DNA of 64,000 nucleotides from Nemertoderma westbladi (lineage: Eukaryota > Animalia > Xenacoelomorpha): the NCBI GenBank assembly GCA_032718475.1, contig JAUCBJ010006872.1, positions 25,495 to 89,494 of the forward strand, given 5' to 3'. This document shows, one piece after another, positions 20,793 to 33,235 of the stretch. The notes beneath the pieces are model-generated. The model made no database searches and had not been told where the DNA came from. It saw nothing but the letters and a program-made list of their open reading frames with translations. The translations under genes and the position numbers were made by a program. Within the stretch, counting starts at the first letter, position 1. The number at the start of each line of letters is the position of its first letter.

Positions 20793-23642
20793 TTTTTCTC
20801 GCGAATACAATGTGATTTGTGGTGCGAGCCATGAAGTTGGCGGAGCCTTAGCGAATTGACACTGTTAGGGGGTGGGTCAATTTATGCAAATAGTTGTCGT
20901 CGTCGTCGTCGTCGTTGTCGTCGTCGTCGTCGTCGTCGTTGTCGTCGTCGTCGTCGTTACGATTTTGACATGCTAATAACTTTGTCGGATTTAAAGCTGC
21001 CAAGTTGAAAATTTGTAGGTATCAATATGAGCAAAAGTTGAGATTTTTGAGAGACTTTCAGACACCATCAGTGCAATGGTCTCCCGCTAGAGGGCCACAT
21101 GTCTAAACATTAAATGCCCTCCCATTTCTTTGCTTTTAATCCGTTTAAGCTGAAACTTGGCAGATATGTATTAGACCATTAGCTGTGACTTTCAAAGGAG
21201 GCGAATCCATCTGCAGTTCTCCAGTCTGCCGCTAGAGGGCCAAAGGTCTGAAAGTGAAATCGTTGTCGTCGTTACGATTTTGACATGCTAATAACTTTGT
21301 CGGATTTAAAGCTGCCAAGTTGAAAATTTGTAGGTATCAATATGAGCAAAAGTTGAGATTTTTGAGAGACTTTCAGACACCATCAGTGCAATGGTCTCCC
21401 GCTAGAGGGCCACATGTCTAAACATTAAATGCCCTCCCATTTCTTTGCTTTTAATCCGTTTAAGCTGAAACTTGGCAGATATGTATTAGACCATTAGCTG
21501 TGACTTTCAAAGAAGGCGAATCCATCTGCAGTTCTCCAGTCTGCCGCTAGAGGGCCAAAGGTCTGAAAGTGAAATCGTTGTCGTCGTTACGATTTTGACA
21601 TGCTAATAACTTTGTCGGATTTAAAGCTGCCAAGTTGAAAATTTGTAGGTATCAATATGAGCAAAAGTTGAGATTTTTGAGAGACTTTCAGACACCATCA
21701 GTGCAATGGTCTCCCGCTAGAGGGCCACATGTCTAAACATTAAATGCCCTCCCATTTCTTTGCTTTTAATCCGTTTAAGCTGAAACTTGGCAGATATGTA
21801 TTAGACCATTAGCTGTGACTTTCAAAGGAGGCGAATCCATCTGCAGTTCTCCAGTCTGCCGTTAGAGGGCCAAAGGTCTGAAAGTGAAATCGTTGTCGTC
21901 GTTACGATTTTGACATGCTAATAACTTTGTCGGATTTAAAGCTGCCAAGTTGAAAATTTGTAGGTATCAATATGAGCAAAAGTTGAGATTTTTGAGAGAC
22001 TTTCAGACACCATCAGTGCAATGGTCTCCCGCTAGAGGGCCACATATCTAAACATTAAATGCCCTCCCATTTCTTTGCTTTTAATCCGTTTAAGCTGAAA
22101 CTTGGCAGATATGTATTAGACCATTAGCTGTGACTTTCAAAGGAGGCGAATCCATCTGCAGTTCTCCAGTCTGCCGCTAGAGGGCCAAAGGTCTGAAAGT
22201 GAAATCGTTGTCGTCGTTACGATTTTGACATGCTAATAACTTTGTCGGATTTAAAGCTGCCAAGTTGAAAATTTGTAGGTATCAATATGAGCAAAAGTTG
22301 AGATTTTTTGAGAGACTTTCAGACACCATCAGTGCAATGGTCTCCCGCTAGAGGGCCACATGTCTAAACATTAAATGCCCTCCCATTTCTTCGCTTTTAA
22401 TCCGTTTAAGCTGAAACTTGGCAGATATGTATTAGACCATTAGCTGTGACTTTCAAAGGAGGCGAATCCATCTGCAGTTCTCCAGTCTGCCGCTAGAGGG
22501 CCAAAGGTCTGAAAGTGAAATCGTTGTCGTCGTTACGATTTTGACATGCTAATAACTTTGTCGGATTTAAAGCTGCCAAGTTAAAAATTTGTAGGTATCA
22601 ATATGAGCAAAAGTTGAGATTTTTTGAGAGACTTTCAGACACCATCAGTGCAATGGTCTCCCGCTAGAGGGCCACATGTCTAAACATTAAATGCCCTCCC
22701 ATTTCTTTGCTTTTAATCCGTTTAAGCTGAAACTTGGCAGATATGTATTAGACCATTAGCTGTGACTTTCAAAGGAGGCGAATCCATCTGCAGTTCTCCA
22801 GTCTGCCGCTAGAGGGCCAAAGGTCTGAAAGTGAAATCGTTGTCGTCGTTACGATTTTGACATGCTAATAACTTTGTCGGATTTAAAGCTGCCAAGTTGA
22901 AAATTTGTAGGTATCAATATGAGCAAAAGTTGAGAATTTTGAGAGACTTTCAGACACCATCAGTGCAATGGTCTCCCGCTAGAGGGCCACATGTCTAAAC
23001 ATTAAATGCCCTCCCATTTCTTTGCTTTTAATCCGTTTAAGCTGAAACTTGGCAGATATGTATTAGACCATTAGCTGTGACTTTCAAAGGAGGCGAATCC
23101 ATCTGCAGTTCTCCAGTCTGCCGCTAGAGGGCCAAAGGTCTGAAAGTGAAATCGTTGTCGTTGTTACGATTTTGACATGCTAATAACTTTGTCGGATTTA
23201 AAGCTGCCAAGTTGAAAATTTCTAGGTATCAATATGAGCTAAAGTTGAGATTTTTGAGAGACTTTCAGACACCATCAGTGCAATGGTCTCCCGCTAGAGG
23301 GCCACATGTCTAAACATTAAATGCCCTCCCATTTCTTTGCTTTTAATCCGTTTAAGCTGAAACTTGGCAGATATGTATTAGACCATTAGCTGTGACTTTC
23401 AAAGGAGGCGAATCCATCTGCAGTTCTCCAGTCTGCCGCTAGAGGGCCAAATGTCTGAAAGTGAAATCGTTGTCGTCGTTATGATATTGACATGCTTATA
23501 ACTTTGTCGAATTTAAAGTTCTTGTTGAATTAATATATTGATTGATTGAGGAATGCAAAGTTAACAACAATTTAGGAATACAAAATTAACAATAATTGTG
23601 GAATACACGTTCGTGGGGCCTTCGCGCAGGACGAGGCCCAGT
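20793..23642 (+). mobile_element. Non-autonomous element with microsatellite, internal tandem array and 3' hairpin (Helentron/DINE-1/pearl-like)
   Basis: T-run start, short left module, (GTC)n at ~20894-20955, 315-bp array, terminal hairpin GGGCCTTCG-CGCAGGA-CGAGGCCC. The family assignment is an inference from architecture. Confidence 0.6.
20956..23520. repeat. 315/316-bp satellite, 8 units plus a partial unit, near-identical
   Basis: GTTACGATTTTGAC recurs at 20956, 21271, 21586, 21901, 22216, 22532, 22848 and 23163; a degenerate copy starts at 23478. Confidence 0.97.
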
Positions 23643-23924
23643 TATGAGATACAAATTAAAATTGAGCGACTGTATCACAAAATCAGTATTTGAGAAATTT
23701 AACCACACCGCCAATCAATCAAAGAAAGGGGGACAGTACGTGTTCAGACCTTTTAATCTGCACCCCCCCCCCCCCCCCCCCTTCCTACCAACCAATACAT
23801 AACCGCGACATCTACCACCCAAGGCGCGGAAGGGTAGCACAAACTTATTTCCAATCACACGTTCAATATGCGAAGCCATGTGGTTTATAGGAAATATCGA
23901 GAATTCGAAAAAATCGAGAATACG

Positions 23925-24430
23925 AGAAACTCGATCGAAATACCTGCTCATCCCATTATCCGTCCGTAGTCACCGGACAGCTGCGGTTTATTCCCGTAGA
24001 ACAGTAGAATTCCCGCAGCTTCCGACCCAATTCGACAACGAATTCGCCTCACACTTTCGCGTGGCAGAGAACGTAATCCGGTGCGATACACGTCTGCCCG
24101 ACTTTCAAAAATTTCCCCCAGGCGATTCCAGGATCCGGCTGTCCGGGCCGCCGCTAAACCCAAATCGCAATCCTCGTCGATTCGTCCAGTCGTCGACGTA
24201 AGTCGGACTCTTCCCACCGCACTCCAAGGTGGGTGGCCTGAGTGAGGCATGAGGAACTTGGCAGTGGCCCGCATTACGATCCGACCGACCGCCGTAATTC
24301 CCAGTGTAGTAAATAGAATCTTACTGAGAAGACAAGCAAGCAATTCCGTAGTATTTATTCCTCAGTTAATCGCATCTTGATGCCACTCGGCTGCTCGGGT
24401 CCAGATACATCGGACTGTCGGAAGCTCTTT
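23925..24430 (-). pseudogene. ALDH3: Aldehyde dehydrogenase family 3 pseudogene fragment
   Basis: Colinear motifs across frames: [83 protein letters not shown]. Several frameshifts and in-frame TGA stops. Confidence 0.88.
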
Positions 24431-24987
24431 AGTTGAAGTAGTTGTTTAGACGACCAACGACCTGAAGACGGTACCGGTAACTCTGTACCACTGTAACAGT
24501 TAACAGTACCGGTACCGTACTGTAATCCTGTAGTCTCCTAGCAACCAGCTGATGCCAAGCCTAATAATTTTTGGGTAGATTAATTCATTATAACTATTAT
24601 AACTATAACTATGATATATTTATTATAACCCCACGCAAATTCAACTTTGGGAAAATTTCTAAACTTTTGCCAGACTACATATGTACCAAGTTTGGATATA
24701 TTTTATCGAGATTTGGCTGAGTTATTAACGTTTAAAATTGGACACAACAGAGCAACAGACACACCGATTGAGTAAGTGGTACCTACCTGTATGCTAAGCT
24801 CGCTTACTTTCGCCCCACAAAGTTAACAATAATTCAGGAATACAAAGTTGTAAAACAACCAACCATATCTATTAATATCATATTATTCTTCTATAGAGAT
24901 GCTAGCGACCATCAGCTGATATTTTATTTATTTATTTGTATATGAATTATTCAATGTAGGAATACAGTAATATATAATACTTTTTAG

Positions 24988-25116
24988 TTATCAGCGGCGT
25001 AGAGATCGAATCATACTGGTTGAATGTTGAGAATCTCACTTGGGAATTCCACAGCATCAAAGGATTCAATAATCCTGATTACAAGTTGCTTTCTTATAGA
25101 TTTACTGATGGCACAA
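24988..25116 (+). CDS. Cys-loop channel exon (loop F/beta9 region)
   Basis: TTTTTAG acceptor, GTGAGT donor; 129 nt, open, phase 1 to 1, fits both neighbours: IISGVEIESYWLNVENLTWEFHSIKGFNNPDYKLLSYRFTDGT. Confidence 0.75.
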
Positions 25117-25377
25117 GTGAGTTGTTGTATGAATTATTATGATACTGATTGCTGAATATGCCATCTACTAGTTTATTGATGATTGAAATTTATTATAAAT
25201 TACATTATTGCAAAATTTAAATAATCTTTCTCCAATTGGAAGGCATTTATTTAGTTGGATGACTCAATGCTGGTTGAGCCTTATTGAGAGCTTTCACATT
25301 TTCAATAGTAGAGTTTGTGTGTTTTGGAAACCAAACTTCCTCTGGGCCTTGGTAATTTACTCCTTTAGGTCGGTTAT

Positions 25378-26690
25378 ATTGAAAAATATCGAGAGTAAAA
25401 ATAACGCGAGTATAAACATTGAGTGTTGAAAAACATCGATAATATCGAGTGTTCAAAAAATATAGAGAGTTAATCGAGAGTGAAAATACCGAGAGTAAAA
25501 ATATCGAGAGTTATAAAAATATCAAGAGTAAAAATATCGAGAGTAAAAATATTGAGAGTAAAAATATCGAGAGTAAAAATATCGAGTATTGAAAAATATC
25601 GCGAGTAAAAATATCGAGTGTTGAAACATATCTAGAGTAAAAATATCGAGAGTAAAAATCGAGAGTAAAAATATCGAGAGTAAAAATATCGAGAGTAAAA
25701 ATCGAGAGTAAAAATATCGAGAGTAAAAATATCGAGAGTAAAAATATCGAGTGTTGAAAAATATCGAGAGTAAAAATATCGTATGTTGAAAAATATCGAG
25801 AGTAAAAATATCGAGAGTAAAAATATCGAGAGTAAAAATATCGAGAGTAAAAATATCTAGAGTAAAAATCGAGAGTAAAAATATTGAGAGTAAAAGTATC
25901 GAGTGTTGAAAAATATCGAGAGTAAAAATATCGTATGTTAAAAAATATCGAGAGTAAAGATATCGAGAGTAAAAATATCGAGAGTAAAAATATCTAGAGT
26001 AAAAATATCGAGAGTAAAAATATCTAGAGTAAAAATATCGAGAGTAAATATATCGAGAGTAAAAATACCGAGAGTAAAAATACCTAGAGTAAAAATATCG
26101 AGAGTAAAAATATCGAGTGTTGAAAAATATCGTGAGTAAAAATATCGAGAGTAAAAAGATGGCATTTTTTAGTGAGAATTTTATTTAGAATTATTGGACA
26201 TTATTGCAGTGCATGGGTTACAACAGGGCAAGTGCATATACAGTACATGGTATTAATACACCTTGGGTACCCATTGACCATATTTTTTATACCGGTACTA
26301 CTGTAGCTAGTATTTTCTATTTTTTTATAAATATTATAGAAGATGTGCTTGCTATCAATTTTGATAAATGTTTTTGTTCTAGAACACATTTTTGTGGTTC
26401 TAGATCACATTTCCAATTTTTTATACTAGCTAGTATTCTCTACTTCTTTTTATAAAGGATGAATTATCTTTTTATAACTTTTTCTATATCTTATATATCT
26501 TATATATATACTGTATATCTTCTATATCTATAACTTTTTTATACATTTTTATCAAAAAAATTGTTACTCTCAATATTTTTACTCTCGATATTTTGACTCT
26601 TGATATTTTCGATACTTTTTCATCTCTTGTTATTTTTACTGCTCGATAATTGTACTCTCGATATTTTTCAATCTCGCTTTCTATAATCTT
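25378..26690. repeat. 15-bp tandem repeat (GAGAGTAAAAATATC)n with an inverted degenerate block
   Basis: Array at ~25440-26158; reverse-complement copies (ACTCTCGATATTTT) at ~26565-26670. Confidence 0.85.
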
Positions 26691-26886
26691 AAATATCACT
26701 ATTTAGTTATATGCTGTGCGATATTTAACCCTGATAATACTGATGATGTGTCTGAATAATTAGTGTGAGAGAACAACAATCCAGAACTGAAGTATCACAT
26801 CCATAGCAAACTTATTTTGCACTACACAATAGCACAAAGATACGGTGTCTTGAAGTGTATTAATCTATTAATTACTTTGTTTACAG

Positions 26887-27058
26887 ACCCAGAGACATTT
26901 ATTGAGGCTGTTATATTTTCTCAACGCCGTGCTTTCAACTACATCATTACAATGTACTTACCTGCTGTGTTTGCTAGTGCCGTTAGTTGGGTAATCTTCT
27001 GGATAGATGTGGAACACATTTCTGCTCGGGCATCCCTCTCAATGATGACAATGCTGTG
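26887..27058 (+). CDS. Cys-loop channel exon encoding pre-M1, M1 and start of M2
   Basis: TTACAG acceptor, GTAAGT donor; QRRAFNYIITMYLPAVFASAVSWVIFWIDVEHISARASLSMMTML is GABA-A/glycine-receptor-like. Confidence 0.93.
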
Positions 27059-28409
27059 GTAAGTGAATCTCCCCCTTTTTTATTTATGCGATCATATCAA
27101 TTTATGATGAATCCAAGAAAGTTTTCTTACTCCAGATGAAGACAACGACTCATTTGAAGTTATGTGCAGCATCCTTCAAGGGAGGGACACATTAAACTAG
27201 TTGACCAATGACCATAATTCTTAGGAGGTTGTAATATTTACACCGGTGGCATAAGCCGTGATATTTGTCATATATATTTGGTTATGCCAGTTATTGGAGG
27301 GAGCTTACAGTAGTCGATGCTACCATTACCATGTCGTGTACTAAAGCTTGTTGAAGACGTATTCATTGGAAATAGGCCTATATTCAGCCATAAAAGCTAT
27401 ACAATACCAGAAAACAACCGACTTTCTGTGCAGAAGTGCCTTTGTTGTTCGATGGCAGTCCACATGGCTGATCACATATTGTTACACTGGGTCCAAAGTA
27501 TAAGCAATTATGAAGGCATTACAGAATAGAGGCATTTTAATTGCCAAAACCCAGCCCTACCAATCAATACTCCCATTTTAGAACCAGTCATTGAAATCAC
27601 AGGGATGTAATCCATCCTTTCATGCCTTGTATAATATTGTGGCCATCCTTTCATGCCTTGTATATTGTGGCCAACCTTTCACAACCTTGAATTATGGCGA
27701 CCTGTTGACTACGGTTTCGCTAGATAGTAGATAGGGAAAGTGGGAATCCCTTTCATCCATTCATGCGCGCCACTAATTAGATGGCGAGGTTTTTGGCAAT
27801 TTTTTTTTCCGCCTACTGGATATCACTCCACAGACCGGTATAATCGCATGTCCCTACTGTACTATTTCCTTGCACCATTGAGACCTACAGTACAACCAGT
27901 ATGGCCCTCAGTACAAAACAAACCACAGGTCCCCTGTGCCCCATCTCGACTGCCATCCATCATCAGTTTAAGCTTGGGTTTCTACATTGGTTAAAGTTCC
28001 AATATACTTCTTTGCCAGTAGGCTCATTCCACGGAATTACCCTTCCGCGTAAAGGGTTTGAGGCTTATATAGGCCCTATCGCCGCGTTAATGTTTTAGTC
28101 GCTGTTCCAGCTTGGAAGGACCTCCACATTCACCAACCTTCTCCGACCGAGATTTAGGTTTCAACCCTTTAAACCTAGTTCTTTCAGGCGAGTTTTGGCG
28201 GTTGGCCATCATCTCAAGTAGTTGGTGCTTGCAAGTCCTGCACTCGTCATCGAACCATGGTTTATTGTGGTGGTCTGAGACTTTATTGGGGGGGCATGAC
28301 GCAGAGTTTATTGTTTCTGTTAGGTGTGCTGTCGCTGCGTCGATGTCTTCCTTTTCTAAGAAGAATTCGATCATGTCTTCATTAAGTTCCTGCTCAAGGC
28401 GGTTAAGGT

Positions 28410-29110
28410 TTAGAGTCCTGCTACTTCGAAAAACAGGTTCTGGGTTACATTCACCATTTTCTTTGGAAAATCTTTTTTTTTCTCCATTGATAGATGCATT
28501 TTCTGGTGCTTCCTGATAGGATTGCTCTCTAAGCTGACCGTGATGTTTGTGCATCGGTGGGAAGTGGGGTTTCTTATATAGAGAAGATCTATAGTACTCT
28601 CGCCCTGGGGAGAGATATATGTCTTTAATTTCGGATTATTGAGTAACTCGAACCCAATATCTTGGAGTGATTCTGTCAGGTCGTTTCCCCTATCCCCCGA
28701 ATCGATCCGACAGTTGAAATCCCCACCAAGAGTTATTGTGTCATCAGCATCTGTGTATGTTAGTGATTCGTTTATTGCAAATATTACTTCTTCTACAGGA
28801 GTGTCGGGGGTAAAATAGAAGACAATATAAATTCCAGCCATTGTCTTAATTGCCATGTATTCATTAGTTTTGATAAGTAGTTGAGGATCTAATTTTGGAA
28901 CAGCTAGGACAATTAGACCTCCAGATGGGCGGCCATATTGATTCTTTTTTGCTGGTTGGACGAAAGGTTTATATGGGGCGCTGCAAATATTTTCTTCTAC
29001 TTGAAACGTTTCGGTTAGTAATAGTATGTCAGAGTTACTAAATAGTTCTTTAGGGTTTAGATTTGTTTGTAGGTAGTTCCATCCTTCCACATTCCACAGC
29101 GAAACATTGA
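28410..29110 (-). pseudogene. APE-like endonuclease domain of LINE ORF2 (frameshifted, truncated)
   Basis: WNV, ET, GDFN and IDL motifs of EEP/APE endonucleases; RKH in place of the usual SDH. Confidence 0.85.
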
Positions 29111-29132
29111 TTTTACTTTTAGAGATTGGTTG

Positions 29133-29756
29133 TCAATCCGCTCCATTACCGTCTACACGAGGGGCTGTCGCCGTCACATGTTGGGTTTCCTGGCGGTGGC
29201 GGTGTTGTACCCGCGGGCGTAGGCCAAATGATTCTCTCTCGGCGTTGGTCAATTTGTAGTTTTTAACTGTTATTCCCTCTTCCCAGATCTCGGGGTTCAT
29301 AATCATTTGTCTATGTTCCTGGTCACATATAACGTGGAAAGAACGATACACCGATTCGGGGTGAACTGGGAGTCCACAGATTTGGGTAAATGGGATCTTT
29401 TCACACTGAAGATACTCTCCCAGAGTTTCCTCGGACTCGTCGAGTGCTACGCGGCCTACGTGGATATGAGCTTTCCGTGGCGGAGGCACCGGGCGGTTCT
29501 GGGTGAGTGATGAGGGTGGTGCTGCAGCATGTAATGAGCTTCCGATTTTAGTTCCACGTAATGTTCGGTGTTCCGTCGGTTGGCGTGAAAGTGACTCCCT
29601 AGGATGCTGGCTTCCTCCCTCTCCGATAGTAACGGGGACGTATGGTGTTGGCGGTCCTGTCGGACCTGGTCTGTTTCCTCTCCTCTGCCGTCGAGTGTGT
29701 GCCTCGAGCCATGGGTTTTGTGAGTTATCGTCGTTCCCGGGTGTTACGGTCGCCAT
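29133..29756 (-). CDS. LINE ORF1-like protein (207 aa)
   Basis: Lies directly upstream of the APE frame; IHVGRV...SFHV...IW.EGITV pattern resembles CR1-group ORF1 C-terminal domains. Confidence 0.65.
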   Translation of the reverse strand: MATVTPGNDDNSQNPWLEAHTRRQRRGNRPGPTGPPTPYVPVTIGEGGSQHPRESLSRQPTEHRTLRGTKIGSSLHAAAPPSSLTQNRPVPPPRKAHIHVGRVALDESEETLGEYLQCEKIPFTQICGLPVHPESVYRSFHVICDQEHRQMIMNPEIWEEGITVKNYKLTNAERESFGLRPRVQHRHRQETQHVTATAPRVDGNGAD

Positions 29757-30057
29757 CGCAGTGGCATGCGGATCACCAGATCGCTTGTTGTTTCGCTGGG
29801 GCGCGTGGGATATATTTATTAATAATTATAATTTAATTTAATTAATAAAGCATGTCAACCTTACCGGTAGGTATCTACGTACAACAATAGGCCTACATCA
29901 AACTCAAAAACAAGATAACCGACCTATAGAGGTTATCTGAAATCAGAAACAAGTTGACGGCAGTCAGATTGTTAAAGTTATTATTGTTTGTTTAATCGCC
30001 ACAACCAGCTACAGGTTGAGGTTCCCATCCTAATAGTTTCGGTTTACTTTGTTACAG

Positions 30058-30298
30058 TCAAATCTCAACATCCCAAATAGTGTTTAGCAACCAGCCAACT
30101 TCTGATTGGTCCGTGACACATGTATACATTTTGGTTTGTATCTTATACAATTTCCTTGTAATTATTATGATGGGCGCTGTTGATTATTTGCGAGTTACTA
30201 AAGAGTCTGCTACACCGGCCTTGGATACCACAGTTAACCAAATTCGGGCAACAAATAGGGTTAATGTCACACGAATTCCAATGGTGAAACACTGCTGG
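30058..30298 (+). CDS. Cys-loop channel exon encoding end of M2, M3 and start of the intracellular loop
   Basis: TTACAG acceptor; phase 2 matches the preceding TG (TGT Cys); hydrophobic VYILVCILYNFLVIIMMGAVDYL; GTATGT donor at 30299 gives phase 0. Confidence 0.85.
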
Positions 30299-30378
30299 GT
30301 ATGTAATGAACCTACAGTAACTGGAACACGTTTCAGTAGGTAATTAGCAAGTCGTTGATTACTGTAAGAAAAAAAAGG

Positions 30379-32611
30379 TACTGACTACTGACTACTGACT
30401 ACTGACTACTGACTACTGGCTACTGGCTACTGGCTACTGGCTACTGGCTACTGGCTACTGGCTACTGGCTACTGGCTACTGGCTACTGGCTACTGGCTAC
30501 TGGCTACTGGCTACTGGCTACTGGCTACTGGCTACTGGCTACTGGCTACTGGCTACTGGCTACTGGCTACTGGCTACTGGCTACTGGCTACTGGCTACTG
30601 GCTACTGGCTACTGGCTACTGGCTACTGGCTACTGGCTACTGGCTACTGGCTACTGGCTACTGGCTACTGGCTACTGGCTACTGGCTACTGGCTACTGGC
30701 TACTGGCTACTGGCTACTGGCTACTGGCTACTGGCTACTGGCTACTGGCTACTGGCTACTGGCTACTGGCTACTGGCTACTGGCTACTGGCTACTGGCTA
30801 CTGGCTACTGGCTACTGGCTACTGGCTACTGGCTACTGGCTACTGGCTACTGGCTACTGGCTACTGGCTACTGGCTACTGGCTACTGGCTACTGGCTACT
30901 GGCTACTGGCTACTGGCTACTGGCTACTGGCTACTGGCTACTGGCTACTGGCTACTGGCTACTGGCTACTGGCTACTGGCTACTGGCTACTGGCTACTGG
31001 CTACTGGCTACTGGCTACTGGCTACTGGCTACTGGCTACTGGCTACTGGCTACTGGCTACTGGCTACTGGCTACTGGCTACTGGCTACTGGCTACTGGCT
31101 ACTGGCTACTGGCTACTGGCTACTGGCTACTGGCTACTGGCTACTGGCTACTGGCTACTGGCTACTGGCTACTGGCTACTGGCTACTGGCTACTGGCTAC
31201 TGGCTACTGGCTACTGGCTACTGGCTACTGGCTACTGGCTACTGGCTACTGGCTACTGGCTACTGGCTACTGGCTACTGGCTACTGGCTACTGGCTACTG
31301 GCTACTGGCTACTGGCTACTGGCTACTGGCTACTGGCTACTGGCTACTGGCTACTGGCTACTGGCTACTGGCTACTGGCTACTGGCTACTGGCTACTGGC
31401 TACTGGCTACTGGCTACTGGCTACTGGCTACTGGCTACTGGCTACTGGCTACTGGCTACTGGCTACTGGCTACTGGCTACTGGCTACTGGCTACTGGCTA
31501 CTGGCTACTGGCTACTGGCTACTGGCTACTGGCTACTGGCTACTGGCTACTGGCTACTGGCTACTGGCTACTGGCTACTGGCTACTGGCTACTGGCTACT
31601 GGCTACTGGCTACTGGCTACTGGCTACTGGCTACTGGCTACTGGCTACTGGCTACTGGCTACTGGCTACTGGCTACTGGCTACTGGCTACTGGCTACTGG
31701 CTACTGGCTACTGGCTACTGGCTACTGGCTACTGGCTACTGGCTACTGGCTACTGGCTACTGGCTACTGGCTACTGGCTACTGGCTACTGGCTACTGGCT
31801 ACTGGCTACTGGCTACTGGCTACTGGCTACTGGCTACTGGCTACTGGCTACTGGCTACTGGCTACTGGCTACTGGCTACTGGCTACTGGCTACTGGCTAC
31901 TGGCTACTGGCTACTGGCTACTGGCTACTGGCTACTGGCTACTGGCTACTGGCTACTGGCTACTGGCTACTGGCTACTGGCTACTGGCTACTGGCTACTG
32001 GCTACTGGCTACTGGCTACTGGCTACTGGCTACTGGCTACTGGCTACTGGCTACTGGCTACTGGCTACTGGCTACTGGCTACTGGCTACTGGCTACTGGC
32101 TACTGGCTACTGGCTACTGGCTACTGGCTACTGGCTACTGGCTACTGGCTACTGGCTACTGGCTACTGGCTACTGGCTACTGGCTACTGGCTACTGGCTA
32201 CTGGCTACTGGCTACTGGCTACTGGCTACTGGCTACTGGCTACTGGCTACTGGCTACTGGCTACTGGCTACTGGCTACTGGCTACTGGCTACTGGCTACT
32301 GGCTACTGGCTACTGGCTACTGGCTACTGGCTACTGGCTACTGGCTACTGGCTACTGGCTACTGGCTACTGGCTACTGGCTACTGGCTACTGGCTACTGG
32401 CTACTGGCTACTGGCTACTGGCTACTGGCTACTGGCTACTGGCTACTGGCTACTGGCTACTGGCTACTGGCTACTGGCTACTGGCTACTGGCTACTGGCT
32501 ACTGGCTACTGGCTACTGGCTACTGGCTACTGGCTACTGGCTACTGGCTACTGGCTACTGGCTACTGGCTACTGGCTACTGGCTACTGACTACTGACTAC
32601 TGGCTACTGAC
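30379..32611. repeat. 7-bp satellite (CTACTGG)n, about 2.2 kb
   Basis: Pure array with CTACTGA variants at both edges. Confidence 0.98.
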
Positions 32612-32719
32612 CTAGAGCAAAAACGGCTCTAACGATTTTGATGAAATTTTGCATCGACCATGAAAATGGATTTCTAAGGGTACTTGTGAAATCGCGGTTT
32701 AAATTAAAACATCTCAACT

Positions 32720-33235
32720 TGTTTTATTGTATTGTATTGTATTTGCTCTCCATTTAACATATGCACTCGAAATAAAATTGCATACAGAATTGTAAGGTAA
32801 ATTAATACTCATAGGACATAATGTAATATTAATAAATAATGTGAAACCGGAAAGATTATGTATGTTAGGATTTAGGAGGGAGAAGACCGCCAAGGCGTAA
32901 AAGCACTAATAGGGGCCCAACTAAAATTAAAGATAAAATTAAAAATACTAATTAGATCTAAAAACCAATTTTACAAACATTCACAACAAATAAAAACATC
33001 AAAATCGTGCAGGTATATAAAATAGGTTAAGAGGTTGCAAATAGGCATATAGATAAATCATAATTAATTAAAACTATACAAATGACTTAAATCTACATTC
33101 TTAAGCAGACGATTGAAAGTGATAACATTCGGCGCATTAACAACATCGTGAGGTAAACTGTTCCAAGTATTTACTGTACGTTGGGAAAAACGGTTATATT
33201 ACTAAGCGGCTTGACTGTATGTATAACTTGTAATT
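32720..33235 (-). mobile_element. CR1-like LINE 3' end fragment
   Basis: Minus strand reads FSQRTVNTWNSLPHDVVNAPNVITFNRLL; (CAATA)n tail near 32725-32742. Confidence 0.7.

Larger units (their letters stand above)
28087..29970 (-). mobile_element. Non-LTR retrotransposon 5' half: ORF1 plus APE endonuclease, RT absent
   Basis: ORF1 29133-29756; ORF2 start SLWNVEG, LTETF, GRPSGG, GGDFNCRID, STIDL; frameshift near the T-run at ~28475, then linker KPWFDDEC. Confidence 0.85.

Noticed and set aside
25938-26165. TLDIF-repeat protein
   Set aside because: Translation of the 15-bp minisatellite.
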